Assembly: GCA_033763455.1 (NCBI GenBank)
Contig: JANRKO010000050.1
Location: forward strand, 33,339-97,338
DNA from: Polyangiaceae bacterium
GTDB lineage: Bacteria; Myxococcota_A; Polyangia; Polyangiales; Polyangiaceae
Length of the DNA: 64,000 bases
Direction: 5' to 3'
Part shown: piece after piece, positions 19,495-29,680 of the stretch
Layout: each line of letters begins with the position of its first letter
Position numbering within the stretch: the first letter of the stretch is position 1
Position numbers and translations under genes: made by a program
Notes under the pieces: generated by a model
The model's database searches: none
What the model was told of the DNA's origin: nothing
The model's input: the letters and a program-made list of their open reading frames with translations, nothing else

Positions 19495-20778
19495 ATGGAA
19501 AACGCACGCATCGTGGTGGTTGGCAGCGGCGCTCGCGAACATGCGCTCGCGTTGCGCCTTCTCGGCTCCCCTTCGGTAGCTGAGGTTGTAGTGAATCCTG
19601 GAAATGCAGGAACGCAGGGTGCGCCACACCAACTGTCCCACAAGAGGCTCTCCAACCGGGCAGGGGACACATTGAAGGTGGCTCAGGAGCTGGGGGCCGA
19701 TTTGGTGGTTATTGGCCCTGAAGTTCCGCTGTGCGCGGGCCTCGTGGATGAGCTCACCGCGAATGGCATTCTTGCTTATGGCCCCACCGCGAACGCCGCA
19801 AAGCTCGAAGGCTCCAAGGCGTTCATGAAGGAATTTTGCTCCCGCCAGTCAATCAAAACCGCGCGCTTCGTGGTGGTGCGCGAGGTGGGGCAGCTTGCGC
19901 ACGCGTTAGCCGGTTTCCCTGAGCCACCGGTTGTTAAGGCGGATGGGCCCTGTGCTGGAAAGGGGGTTGTGGTCGCCGAGACGCACGCTGAAGCAAAGAG
20001 CGCCGCCCAGGCTATGTTGAGCGGTGAAGCCTTCGGAGAAGCGGGTCGCGTGGTGGTGCTTGAGGAACGGATTCGGGGAGCTGAGGTGAGTGTGCACGTC
20101 GTGAGCGACGGCCAGCGCTTCCTCATGTTGCCAGCCGCCCAAGATCACAAACGGATCGGTGAGAACGACACAGGCCCGAATACCGGCGGAATGGGTGCCT
20201 ATGCTCCGGCTCCGCTCCTGTCGCCTGAGCTAGAAGCGAAGGTAAAGCGTGAGATCATCGAGCGCATTGTTTCAGGCATGGCCACTGAAGGTTGCCCATT
20301 TCGAGGAACAATTTTCGCGGGTCTCATGATCACGCCCGAAGGGGACCCTTACCTTTTAGAAATTAACGTGCGCTTCGGAGATCCTGAAACGCAAGTTCTG
20401 GTTAATCTCTTGGACGGAGATCTGGCGGAGCTGCTTGCTAGTGCGGCTCGGGGGCAGCTGGCGCCCGGGAGCGTTCAGGTGGCGGGGCGTCATGCGATGT
20501 GTGTCGTGTTAGCTGCTGCTAACTATCCGGGAACTCCAAGGACGGGTGACAAGATTCTGGGGCTCGAACGCGCCGCAAACGTGGACGGCGTGCAGGTGTA
20601 CCACGCAGGAACCGAGCTCCGTGACGGTGACGTATTGACCCGCGGCGGCCGAGTACTTGGTGTGACGGGAATTGGCAGCACCCTCAAGGCCGCCGCGGCC
20701 GCCGCTTACGAAGCTGCAAGCTACATCGAGTTCGATGGAAAGCAGCTGAGACGCGATATTGGTTATCGGGCGCTCTAA
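19495..20778 (+). CDS. purD: Phosphoribosylamine--glycine ligase
   Basis: GSGAREHAL, LEGSKAFMK, QDHKR, GPNTGGMGAY, RFGDPETQ, GGRVL. Confidence 0.97.
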   Translation: MENARIVVVGSGAREHALALRLLGSPSVAEVVVNPGNAGTQGAPHQLSHKRLSNRAGDTLKVAQELGADLVVIGPEVPLCAGLVDELTANGILAYGPTANAAKLEGSKAFMKEFCSRQSIKTARFVVVREVGQLAHALAGFPEPPVVKADGPCAGKGVVVAETHAEAKSAAQAMLSGEAFGEAGRVVVLEERIRGAEVSVHVVSDGQRFLMLPAAQDHKRIGENDTGPNTGGMGAYAPAPLLSPELEAKVKREIIERIVSGMATEGCPFRGTIFAGLMITPEGDPYLLEINVRFGDPETQVLVNLLDGDLAELLASAARGQLAPGSVQVAGRHAMCVVLAAANYPGTPRTGDKILGLERAANVDGVQVYHAGTELRDGDVLTRGGRVLGVTGIGSTLKAAAAAAYEAASYIEFDGKQLRRDIGYRAL

Positions 20779-20850
20779 CCTACAGCGCCTCCCTTGACGC
20801 TCCCGAGTATCAACGCTACGTGGCCGCTCGTCGGTAAAATTGAGGATTTT

Positions 20851-21936
20851 ATGGCTCGCGCGATCAACTTTAATCCAGGCCCTGCAACTCTTCCCCTCGG
20901 TGCCCTCGAACGCGCTCAGCGTGAGCTCTTGGACATTCAGGGCACTGGGATGAGCATCATCGAGCACAGCCATCGGGGCAAAACGTTCGAGGCCATTCAC
21001 AACGAAGCCCTTTCGCTCACCCGAGAGCTCCTCGGGGTGCCTGAGAACTATTCGATCCTGTTCTTGCAGGGCGGCGCAAGCCAACAGTTCGCTGTTGTCC
21101 CAATGAATCTCCTCGGGTCGGGGCAAAGCGCTGATTACCTGGTGACAGGGGTTTGGTCGAAAAGTGCTGTCAAGGAGGCAAAAATCGTGGGCGCAGCGCG
21201 GGTTGCAGCTAGCACCGAAGAGAACGGAAAATTCGTGCGCGTGCCCAAGCAAGAGGAGCTAACGCTCGATCCGAACGCAGCGTACGTTCACATCACGAGC
21301 AACAACACGATTTACGGGACGCAGTGGCACACGTGGCCCGATGTTGGCCAGGTGCCGCTGGTTGCAGACATGTCGAGCGATTTGATGTGGAAGCCCCTAG
21401 ACGTTTCCCGTTTCGGACTCATTTACGCGGGGGCCCAGAAGAACCTCGGGCCAAGTGGCCTCGTTGTGGTTATCATTCGCAATGATCTGGTGGAAAGTGG
21501 CCGAAAAGACATCCCCACCATCTTTCAGTACCGCACGCACCAAGCCGCAAATTCGCTCTACCACACCCCACCCACCTTCTCGATCTACCTCTACCGCAAT
21601 GTGCTTTTGGAGATGAAGCAAGCCGGAGGCCTTGAGGTGATGGAGCAGCGCAATCGGTCCAAGGCGGAGCTGCTCTACCAAGCGATCGATGCTCGGCCAG
21701 GCCTCTATCTTGCGCCGGTGGAGCGAGCCTCGCGTTCGACGATGAACGTTGTGTTTAACTTGCCGACGCCCGAGCTGGAGTCGGAGTTCCTGCGCGCGGC
21801 CGAAGCCGCAGGGATGGTAGGGTTGAAGGGGCATCGCTCGGCGGGAGGCGTGCGCGTCTCAATGTATAACGCCGCCCCACTCGAGTGGGTAAAGACGCTC
21901 GCGGACTTCATGGCCGATTTCAACCGTGGTGCCTAA
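20851..21936 (+). CDS. serC: Phosphoserine aminotransferase
   Basis: NFNPGPA, SHR, QGGAS, NNTIYG, ADMSS, AGAQKN (PLP lysine), GHRSAGG. Confidence 0.96.
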   Translation: MARAINFNPGPATLPLGALERAQRELLDIQGTGMSIIEHSHRGKTFEAIHNEALSLTRELLGVPENYSILFLQGGASQQFAVVPMNLLGSGQSADYLVTGVWSKSAVKEAKIVGAARVAASTEENGKFVRVPKQEELTLDPNAAYVHITSNNTIYGTQWHTWPDVGQVPLVADMSSDLMWKPLDVSRFGLIYAGAQKNLGPSGLVVVIIRNDLVESGRKDIPTIFQYRTHQAANSLYHTPPTFSIYLYRNVLLEMKQAGGLEVMEQRNRSKAELLYQAIDARPGLYLAPVERASRSTMNVVFNLPTPELESEFLRAAEAAGMVGLKGHRSAGGVRVSMYNAAPLEWVKTLADFMADFNRGA

Positions 21937-22411
21937 GTCTGCAGGGGCCGCGGACGTCGTGGACTGTGATCCCGGCGTTCTGCAAATCCCGCTTGCGGTG
22001 CGTTTTGCGGCTGCAGTCCGGGGTGCGGCGGAAGACGAACAGCGCCGCGTCGTTTTCGGTAGGCTGCACGGCACGGTGGTCATCGTTGTGGACGATGTTT
22101 GGGCGCAGTTCACTCTGCGTTTTGATTTTGGGCGCTTAAGTGTTCACCTCGGTATTGTGGGCGTCCCAGATATCACGCTGCGAGGCCCGCAAGCGGAGTT
22201 GGAATCGCTCCTTCTCCTACCTTTTCGTACCCAATGGCCTGTGCTGCTCCCCGTTCGGCTTGCGGAGCTGCTAGTGGTGCACCGCGTGCTTACCGCTTGG
22301 GCCAAAAGCTCCCTGCGCGCCTACGGTGCTCTCAGCCACCCGGGTCTACTGGTGAATGTGCTGCGAGTCATCTCAGCTCCAGATGCATCGGCCCTAGATC
22401 CAAAAACTTGA
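21926..22411 (+). CDS. Hypothetical protein, possible SCP2-like fold
   Basis: 161-aa ORF overlapping the serC end; [20 protein letters not shown] beta pattern. Confidence 0.5.
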   Translation: MVPKSAGAADVVDCDPGVLQIPLAVRFAAAVRGAAEDEQRRVVFGRLHGTVVIVVDDVWAQFTLRFDFGRLSVHLGIVGVPDITLRGPQAELESLLLLPFRTQWPVLLPVRLAELLVVHRVLTAWAKSSLRAYGALSHPGLLVNVLRVISAPDASALDPKT

Positions 22412-22442
22412 GCTTGGACGGGGTGGGGGAAACCCTGTACAT

Positions 22443-23354
22443 TTGTGCGCTGGCTCTCCCGCGGCCGAAGGTGTGCGCTTGATCCGTTTCCGTTTGCGCT
22501 TTCTCCTCCAGGAACTCGACCTCCCCCAGGGGGAGACGCTGCTTGGCCGAAGCACGTCTTGCCACCTGACGTTCGAGGACCCACTGGTGTCGCGCCAACA
22601 CGCGCGCATCCGAGTGGATGGTGAACGCGCCACGGTAGAAGATCTCAGTTCGCGCAATGGGTTGCTGCTCAACGGTCGGCCCATCAAAGGAATGGCCCAA
22701 CTCGAAGACGGCGATCGCCTTCGGATTGGGGTCCAAGAGCTGCTGATCTCCAAAATCCACAAGGTGGACCGGACCCGTGCCGATTCAAAGACGAGAATAA
22801 CAGGATTTCTCTGTCATTGTGCGGCCTGCGGCGTTCCGTATCCAACGGACCTCGTGGAGTGCCCGAGTTGCGGTTCCGTCGAACGGGCGGACGAAGATAC
22901 GTTAAGTGACGCGAAATCCGACCGTAGTTGGTCTCTGGAGTTACTTGTCGAAGTTATTAAGAAGGCGGCCTCGCTTGGCCGTTGGGACGACGTGGATCGT
23001 ATCTTGATGCGAGCTAGAGCAAACGTGGAACGTCATGTCGCAGGCGGCCATCCCGTCGAGTTGCGTCTCATCGATGACATTGCCGAGGCCGCCTGTTCGC
23101 TGTCGCTGATAAGTAGCGATGCCCAGTGGGCTCGCTGGGTGCTGTCCGTGTACGAATCGGTCGCAGCCGTGCCTCCCACCTTGGCACTCGACCAAATGGC
23201 ACGGTTGCCGGCATTGCATCGTGCGGCGCTCTTAGAACCAGCGAACCGATTGCTCGCGAGAATGCAGAATCGGCCGGGGTCCGATGCCGAGCGCATGGAC
23301 GAGTTGGCTCGCGCTATTGGGCCTGCCTCTAACATTGCACCGGGAGCCGAGTGA
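22443..23354 (+). CDS. FHA-domain protein with Cys4 zinc ribbon and helical C-domain (start probably 22473-22479)
   Basis: LGRS..VSRQH..DLSSRNG FHA motifs; CAACG..CPSCG. Confidence 0.88.
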   Translation: MCAGSPAAEGVRLIRFRLRFLLQELDLPQGETLLGRSTSCHLTFEDPLVSRQHARIRVDGERATVEDLSSRNGLLLNGRPIKGMAQLEDGDRLRIGVQELLISKIHKVDRTRADSKTRITGFLCHCAACGVPYPTDLVECPSCGSVERADEDTLSDAKSDRSWSLELLVEVIKKAASLGRWDDVDRILMRARANVERHVAGGHPVELRLIDDIAEAACSLSLISSDAQWARWVLSVYESVAAVPPTLALDQMARLPALHRAALLEPANRLLARMQNRPGSDAERMDELARAIGPASNIAPGAE

Positions 23355-24100
23355 TGGCTTATCGCTTGCGTTACAAGTCTCAGGAGATCACGCTTACCCC
23401 GGGGCACTTTTTGATCGGCCGCAGCGACGAGTGTCAGTTGACACTGGACGACGGGCTTGTTTCCCGAGTGCACGCGCGCGTGTCCGAGGAAGCTGACGGG
23501 CTATTCATCGAAGATCTCGGCAGTCGAAATGGCGTGACGGTTAATGGGGAGCCCCTTTCGAGTAAACTCAGCTTGCACCATGGGGACCGCATCCAAATCG
23601 GTGAGCAGGAGATCACCGTGCTCCGCAAGACGGATGCACAAGCCAAGACGATGCAGCAGCGTTCGGTCGGAGTAGAAGAATCCCTCGCCGTGCTCTCCAG
23701 CGTTGCCGAAAAAGCGCTCGCTCTTGGGCGAGGGCAGGAGGCCGAGCGCCTTCTGGAGAATTACCTAGGAGGCATCCTCATCAGTGCTGAATCCGGCCAG
23801 CTACCCGAACCGGAAGTCGTTGCTCGTGCGTCGAGCTACGCGATCCAGCTTGCGTCTTTGACGAACAAGGCAAAGTGGGTTCACTTTATTTTTCGCCTGC
23901 ACACCGTGGTTGCACGGCCGTGTTCAGCCGAGGTGGTCGACAAGCTCTATGAAGTTATTCGACGCATCAGTAACGTCGGTCCAGAGAGTCTGCGGAGCTA
24001 CCTCGGCGTGCTCGATCGGCAGCAGAACAGCATGTCAAAGTCGGACCGCTTCCTCTTCAAGCGCCTCCAGGGGCTTGAGCCGCTCACATCGCTAAAGTAA
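23351..24100 (+). CDS. FHA-domain protein, paralog 2
   Basis: IGRS..VSRVH..DLGSRNG; shared helical C-domain. Confidence 0.9.
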   Translation: MMAYRLRYKSQEITLTPGHFLIGRSDECQLTLDDGLVSRVHARVSEEADGLFIEDLGSRNGVTVNGEPLSSKLSLHHGDRIQIGEQEITVLRKTDAQAKTMQQRSVGVEESLAVLSSVAEKALALGRGQEAERLLENYLGGILISAESGQLPEPEVVARASSYAIQLASLTNKAKWVHFIFRLHTVVARPCSAEVVDKLYEVIRRISNVGPESLRSYLGVLDRQQNSMSKSDRFLFKRLQGLEPLTSLK

Positions 24101-24260
24101 CCACACGCGCCCTCAAGGTGCTCGGCTCGGCCACATGGTGACGGTTGGCGAGGGGGATCTCCGGCACGCCAGCGACCTTTGCCTCGTGGGTAAATTTTCC
24201 TCATGCTCGACGAGCCGCTGGGAAGACACTACCCTTGATAGTAGATAGCTCGGCGCCAAG

Positions 24261-25130
24261 TTGGCCGGGCGTTTTCAGCAAATGCCGATGGAGTTCTGGT
24301 TAGAATATGGTGCGCAGCGACTCGAGCTGCGCCGGGGAGTTACCCTGATTGGGCGCAGTAGCTCCTGCCAGCTTGTTTTGAACGACGGCCTGGTTTCGCG
24401 TCAGCACCTCCGTATCGTTACGTCAGCGTCCGAGGCCATCGCGGAGGACCTCGGGAGCGTGAACGGGGCCTTCATCAATGACGAGCGCCTGGAGGGGCAG
24501 AGGGCCCTTCAGACAGGGGATCGCTTGGGCGTGGGCTCTCAAGTCCTCACGTTTCGGACGGCCCTAACTCAGGGGCGGGCGGAACATAGAACCCAAATAT
24601 TGGAGCGTACGCAGGAGTCGACTGCCAGCGACAAGCTTCTTTCGTCGCGCCCGCAGCAAAGTGCCCGATCGATCTCCTTCGAAGATTCGGATAGCGCCAC
24701 CGCTACGGCCGATCTGCTTGAGGTTCTGGGTTCGCTCGCGGAAAAGAATCTCGCACTTGGGCGAGGCGTGGAAGCTGAGCGCATTTTGCAGGGCCACCTT
24801 GAGGGCGTGCTACGGAGCGCCGCCGCGGGTGAGTTTCGCGAAATTGCTCTTGAACGTGCCGCGTCCTACGCCGTGAAGCTCGCGGCTGCGACGGGCAAAA
24901 CCACCTGGCTTGAGTACCCCTTCAAGCTGTACACACTCTACCGCCGGCCCTTGCCCCGCGCTATGGCAGACGACCTTTACGCGGCGATGCACAAAGCGCC
25001 CAGCGTTAGCCTGACTTCCCTTCGGGACTATCTCGCCGTGCTGCACGGCGTTCAGAATGAGCTGACTCCGGCGGAGCGCTTCGTGGTTCAGCGGCTCGAG
25101 GGCCTCGAGCACTTGCTGGCGGTGAAGTAG
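24261..25130 (+). CDS. FHA-domain protein, paralog 3 (start may be 24282)
   Basis: IGRS..VSRQH..DLGSVNG; shared helical C-domain. Confidence 0.9.
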   Translation: MAGRFQQMPMEFWLEYGAQRLELRRGVTLIGRSSSCQLVLNDGLVSRQHLRIVTSASEAIAEDLGSVNGAFINDERLEGQRALQTGDRLGVGSQVLTFRTALTQGRAEHRTQILERTQESTASDKLLSSRPQQSARSISFEDSDSATATADLLEVLGSLAEKNLALGRGVEAERILQGHLEGVLRSAAAGEFREIALERAASYAVKLAAATGKTTWLEYPFKLYTLYRRPLPRAMADDLYAAMHKAPSVSLTSLRDYLAVLHGVQNELTPAERFVVQRLEGLEHLLAVK

Positions 25131-25656
25131 AGCTTCGGTTCAGCGAGTAGCCCGCAGCCTGGGTAATGGCGTCGCGCAGCTTCGGGTCCTCAATTTGGTC
25201 GAGCTTTTCTCTTAGGTCGTCCGGAAGCATTGCCGCAGTGGGTTGCACAACGACACGAACTTCGGGCGGTTTGGCCTTTGGTCCTTGGGACCCTGGGACA
25301 AACCGCAGCTGGGAAAACTCGTAGCCGTGTTTCTTGAGCTTGGCTAAGATATCCGCTGACAGAAACGAAAGCTCCGCGGCCCAAGAGCTCGAAGCCGTTT
25401 CCACAAACAAGATCCCCCCGCGTGCGCGACCCGGTCTAGTCCGTTCGGCAATCCGTTCGCCTACGATAGCTAGCCAAGCCTGCGAAGTGATCGCAACGCC
25501 CGTCGCTTTTTGAGCGGCTTGGTGCACGCCATCAAGAAGGCTGCCGGCTTGCTCCAACCCCAAGGCGGGGCGGCGATATTGGCGGGCTCTGGCGGCGTCG
25601 GCAATGCGTGCCAGTGCCCGGAGCTCGTCGTCCTGGTCCGGGTGTTCCTGTGCCAT
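25006..25656 (-). CDS. dciA: DciA (DUF721) family protein
   Basis: W..IVGERIAERTRP..GILFVETASSSWAAELSF..ILAKL..LRF signature. Confidence 0.78.
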   Translation of the reverse strand: MAQEHPDQDDELRALARIADAARARQYRRPALGLEQAGSLLDGVHQAAQKATGVAITSQAWLAIVGERIAERTRPGRARGGILFVETASSSWAAELSFLSADILAKLKKHGYEFSQLRFVPGSQGPKAKPPEVRVVVQPTAAMLPDDLREKLDQIEDPKLRDAITQAAGYSLNRSSTSPPASARGPRAAEPRSAPPESAHSERRAARRDSPEGKSG

Positions 25657-25751
25657 CCGCGTGCGACTCAACGCTAGCTTGTTGCTGTCGTCGCCGCAAA
25701 CCCGCTCTCCGTGTGGCAGCGGAGCTGGGTCTCAGGGGGCGTATGGCTTTT

Positions 25752-25839
25752 TGGTGCCGAAGATCGGAGTCGAACCGATACGAGGGGTTGCCTCGGCGGA
25801 TTTTGAATCCGCTGCGTCTGCCAGTTCCGCCACTTCGGC
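25752..25839 (-). tRNA. tRNA-Leu(CAA)
   Basis: Reverse complement GCCGAAGTGGCGGAACTGGCAGACGCAGCGGATTCAAAATCCGC..GGTTCGACTCCGATCTTCGGCACCA; long variable arm; encoded CCA. Confidence 0.97.
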
Positions 25840-25993
25840 TTGTTGAGTGATTCCGCGGGCTTCTAGGGTTGCTCTGCCATCTGGGTCAAGCGGTTTGTGC
25901 CAAACGCGACGCGACCGCAGGTGTTGGGCACCAAAGCTGGATGCGATTCCGCGGCCCGTCGGGTTCGGAGCGCGACCGCTCTATAGGGCAAAA

Positions 25994-27193
25994 TCAGCTC
26001 TGACCGATGTTCCCGAGGAGATCCTTGAACCAGGGCGTGTCGGTATCGAAGTGTTTGCCCCCTTTGATCCTCGTGAACTCAATCGGGCGAAGGACGCCCC
26101 CTTGGTCTTCATCATGCCCAATTACACCGCTTTGCCCGCGGAGACCTGCATCAACCGCTAAATCGGTGCAACTCTTGATGAGTCGCAGATCTTCGGCGTT
26201 GGCTGCGGCGCTGCGGGCAAAATAGCCACTCTTTTGGACGAGTAGCTTTTCTGCATTTAACCGTGTTTGAAGTTGTTCCCCGAACCATTTGCCAACTTGA
26301 ACTTTGTCGAGCTTCGGGTGGCCAAAGGCGTCGCGCGGAACCTCTTGGCCGCGGGCTTCTAGGTCGGCAATGATGGTGTCTGCTCCCGCTCCCTCGGCGA
26401 TGAAGATATTGACGCTGTTCTTTTCGTCCATGCGCTTTCGCAGTCGGTTCGCCTCCCGTTCGAGATCGATACCGAGCTCAGGAATATAGACAGCATCCAA
26501 GTCTAGGTGGTGTTGGTTGAAGTTCAGGCCTGGCAGAAACTCTCGGCGCTTCAGCCGTGCGCGGTATTCCTGCGCTGTGGCAGCGGTGAGCCAACCAGAA
26601 TGCCTCCCCATCACTTCGTGAACAATGAGCATCCGGGGGTTCGCGCTCTGCTCGTTTACGACATTCTCGAAGAAAATCGCGCCCTGTTCGGCCGCCGTGT
26701 ACGCACCCAGTGATTGAACGATCGGGAAGACGTCGTTGTCGATGGTCTTGGGGAGCCCAACAACTGTTAGCCCATAGCCGTTCTTGGCAAGGTAAGCGGC
26801 AAGGTCGGCTGCCGTGGTGTTGGTGTCGTCGCCGCCAATGGTGTGCAAAATCGTGATGCCGTCTTTTCGAAGCTGTTCGGCGGCCACGTGGAGCGGATCT
26901 TGACCTTCCCGAATCAGTCCGCGAGCAACGCAATCTTTGACATTGGTTAGCTTGACGCGGCTATTGCCGAGCGGGCTCCCGCCGTGCCTATGTAGCCTCC
27001 CGGCCCCCTTTCGCACCTCCTGGCTGACGACGATTTGGCGACCGGTAAGCAGCCCCGCGTATCCATCCAAGTAACCTGTGATGGTCACCTCTGGCACCAG
27101 CTCGGAGTAGCGTTCAATAAGTCCTCCCACGGCGGATGCCAAACAGGGAGCCAGTCCACCGGCGGTTAGCAATGCAACTTTATGCGACGTCAT
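25994..27193 (-). CDS. pfp: Pyrophosphate-dependent phosphofructokinase
   Basis: TAGGLAPCL, GGDDTN (Asp of PPi-specific enzymes), PKTIDND, EVMGRHSGWL, KSGYFARS. Confidence 0.92.
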   Translation of the reverse strand: MTSHKVALLTAGGLAPCLASAVGGLIERYSELVPEVTITGYLDGYAGLLTGRQIVVSQEVRKGAGRLHRHGGSPLGNSRVKLTNVKDCVARGLIREGQDPLHVAAEQLRKDGITILHTIGGDDTNTTAADLAAYLAKNGYGLTVVGLPKTIDNDVFPIVQSLGAYTAAEQGAIFFENVVNEQSANPRMLIVHEVMGRHSGWLTAATAQEYRARLKRREFLPGLNFNQHHLDLDAVYIPELGIDLEREANRLRKRMDEKNSVNIFIAEGAGADTIIADLEARGQEVPRDAFGHPKLDKVQVGKWFGEQLQTRLNAEKLLVQKSGYFARSAAANAEDLRLIKSCTDLAVDAGLRGQSGVIGHDEDQGGVLRPIEFTRIKGGKHFDTDTPWFKDLLGNIGQS

Positions 27194-27648
27194 GCTTTTT
27201 CTCGTTTCCGTATGCGGCGTGTTGAGCCCAGATAGCGAAGTCGTCGACGGCTGACAATCGCGGGGCGTTCGGGCCCGGCAAGGAGGGTAGGGGTGCTCAC
27301 AAACACCCTACAAATCGGCCGTGTCAGAAGACGCACGTTGTATGTCCACTTTTTGGGAACGTTCTCCGAGGCTCGGTTTCCGGTGGCGCATGCACCTAAA
27401 TCCCTCTGTTCAGCAAGCTCTGGTGCGCGGCCTAAAACGAAGCTGGAAGCGCGGGGCGGCACCCGCGAGCGCGAGTTCGGGGCAAACAACAGGCGTCAAT
27501 TTTTTGGCACTCGTCAAAGCTTCGAGGCGTCAGCGATGTGAAGCTGATGTCAGTACATTGGCGTGCGCATTGCTTCAGTTTGCGAAAGGAGCGCGGCGAC
27601 TTAAAGGTTTGTGCGTGATGTGCGTTCAATAGGCCAGGTTGTTGAAGT

Positions 27649-27664
27649 TGGCACAAGAGTTGAA
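27649..27664 (+). promoter_or_regulatory. Possible sigma54-type promoter
   Basis: TGGCACAAGAGTTGAA: GG-N10-GA spacing, non-canonical -12 (GA instead of GC). Confidence 0.3.
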
Positions 27665-27677
27665 CTGAGCGCCGGCC

Positions 27678-28157
27678 ATGGTCACAGAGAACGCCGTACT
27701 TGAAGTTGAGTCAAAGTTGAACGCCTTGGTGGAGGCGGCTCGCTACATCGTGCGCAGCGGACAACGCACGAGAACTTTCATGTTCGAAGTGGAGGATCAC
27801 CCAGAGATAGCTGGCCTCATTTGCTTCGAGCCGAACCTCGGTACATTGACCTGCCAAATCGAGGACGGTTACTCCGTGCTCAAGTTCTTTCTTCGCTACG
27901 GTGCCCCGAACGTCTCTTACACAAATCTCAGCGATCAGACGTTCGAAGAGGTTACTTGTCTGTTTCAAGCAAGTGAGAGGGAGTTCCCCACGCTAGATTC
28001 AGCGTTCCGCGCGATCGTTCACGGCGCCCGAGCACTCCACAATATCACTGAGTTTCAGAGCACAGCCGGGCGTAATCTGCGAAAGGCGCCTCAGAGTGGC
28101 ATTGAGGTTCGGAACAAGCTGCAGGTCTTTTCCCTCCCTGGTAAGCGCGTTGCCTAA
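27678..28157 (+). CDS. Hypothetical protein
   Basis: 159-aa ORF with globular composition in an otherwise empty interval. Confidence 0.65.
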   Translation: MVTENAVLEVESKLNALVEAARYIVRSGQRTRTFMFEVEDHPEIAGLICFEPNLGTLTCQIEDGYSVLKFFLRYGAPNVSYTNLSDQTFEEVTCLFQASEREFPTLDSAFRAIVHGARALHNITEFQSTAGRNLRKAPQSGIEVRNKLQVFSLPGKRVA

Positions 28158-28355
28158 GCGCGCGGGGTTCGCCAAACACCCGCTGGCCCGCCCAAGCAAC
28201 CATGCCTGATGCGTGTTGCGAGCGGCGTGCCTTGAGCACTATGCGGTAAAAAACAGCCCCGTAGCCTCCTTGAGTCGCGGGGGGCTTGCCGTCGCGTTCA
28301 CACTGCGCCAAAGATGACGCCACGTAACCTTCTCAATCGTAGGAGCCTTTGGACC

Positions 28356-28937
28356 ATGGAATTTGAAGTCGCCCCGTTACCCTACAGCAAAGATGCCCTC
28401 GCCCCGGTGATGTCCCAGGAGACACTCGAGTTTCACTACGAGAAACACCACAAGGGCTACATGACCAAGCTCAAGGCGGCCATCGAAGGCAAGCCCGAAG
28501 CGAGCAAGAGCCTAGTGGACGTCATCAAGAGCAGTTCCGGCGGCGTATTCAACAACGCAGCCCAAGTCTACAATCACACGTTCTTCTGGGATGGGATGAA
28601 GCCGGGTGGAGGTGGCGCGCCAACTGCTGGTGCGGCGCTCGATATCATCAACAAGCTCGGTGGCTGGGCGAAGTTCCGTGAAGAGTGGGTCAACGTTGGC
28701 GCGGCCCGTTTTGGCTCGGGCTACGTGTGGCTCGTCTTGGAAGCGGGCGAGCCCAAGATCATCAGCACAGCCAACGCTGAGACGCCACTTACCACCAGCG
28801 CCAAGCCCATCCTTACGGCGGACGTATGGGAGCATGCCTACTACATTGACCACCGAAACAACCGCAATGCGTTCCTCGAAGCTTTCTGCGACAAGTTGGT
28901 CAATTGGGACTTCGTTGCCAAGAACCTGCAAGGATAG
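28356..28937 (+). CDS. sodB: Fe/Mn superoxide dismutase (Fe-type signature)
   Basis: LPY..DALAP, HYEKHH, FNNAAQVYNH, RFGSGY, DVWEHAYY. Confidence 0.93.
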   Translation: MEFEVAPLPYSKDALAPVMSQETLEFHYEKHHKGYMTKLKAAIEGKPEASKSLVDVIKSSSGGVFNNAAQVYNHTFFWDGMKPGGGGAPTAGAALDIINKLGGWAKFREEWVNVGAARFGSGYVWLVLEAGEPKIISTANAETPLTTSAKPILTADVWEHAYYIDHRNNRNAFLEAFCDKLVNWDFVAKNLQG

Positions 28938-28983
28938 TTTCGAAGCGCTCAAGGCTCATTTGCTCGGAGCCTAAATGACGAAA

Positions 28984-29012
28984 GGGCCCAGCCTCCAAGG
29001 AGTGCTGGGCCC
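28984..29012. terminator. Hairpin between convergent genes
   Basis: GGGCCCAGC/GCTGGGCCC with inner CTCC/GGAG. Confidence 0.6.
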
Positions 29013-29037
29013 GCTCGCAACAGAGGTGGGGGTCAAA

Positions 29038-29526
29038 TTATGCGTCTACGCGCTTGGCGATGGACTCGGCCGAGGCGGGGAGGATGGGGGCCCAGATGAG
29101 GCGCTCCAGCAAGCTATCGTTGATGAGCATGCCGCGGTCGCTGAAGCGCAACACGTTCTCAATGCCGTCTTCAAGCCATTCGCCGACGAAAATAATGCCC
29201 TGGCCAAGCTCATTGTAGCCAAGCTCAACAATCGCATTCTTGAGCCAGCGCCCGCCATTCTCAAACTCAAGCGTCTCCGGCAGGGTGTAAAACCCCTCCG
29301 ACGGCAACTTCTTGAGAGTGCGGCTCCAAGTGGGTGAACGCAGCGGTGTAGTTGGGTCACCCCAAAACCAGCGGTTGCGTCGGTTCTGGCCTGGGCGCAC
29401 CACGAACTGAGCGCCGGTGCCTTGGGTTTGGCCGATGAAGACCAGCACGCCTGCCGGGAAGGCCTCTGCGTTGCCGGGTAGGGGTTCGGTAGTTCGGTAA
29501 AGTCCCGGATCGGGTAAGTCTAACAT
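29038..29526 (-). CDS. Hypothetical protein
   Basis: 162-aa Trp/Gly-rich ORF with GGAG RBS; GLY/GFY half-repeat. Confidence 0.7.
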   Translation of the reverse strand: MLDLPDPGLYRTTEPLPGNAEAFPAGVLVFIGQTQGTGAQFVVRPGQNRRNRWFWGDPTTPLRSPTWSRTLKKLPSEGFYTLPETLEFENGGRWLKNAIVELGYNELGQGIIFVGEWLEDGIENVLRFSDRGMLINDSLLERLIWAPILPASAESIAKRVDA

Positions 29527-29680
29527 TAGTGCTCCTTATGCTGCAGCTTAGCCCTCCAGTGCAGCACCACCAAGGGGCTTTTGCAACTGTTCGGTGACGT
29601 TGCTCCCTGGTAGCCTCGGGCCCACATAAGGTCAGAGCTGCATCGCGATTCGCAGACGACCGATTCCGCGGAGGATCTAC

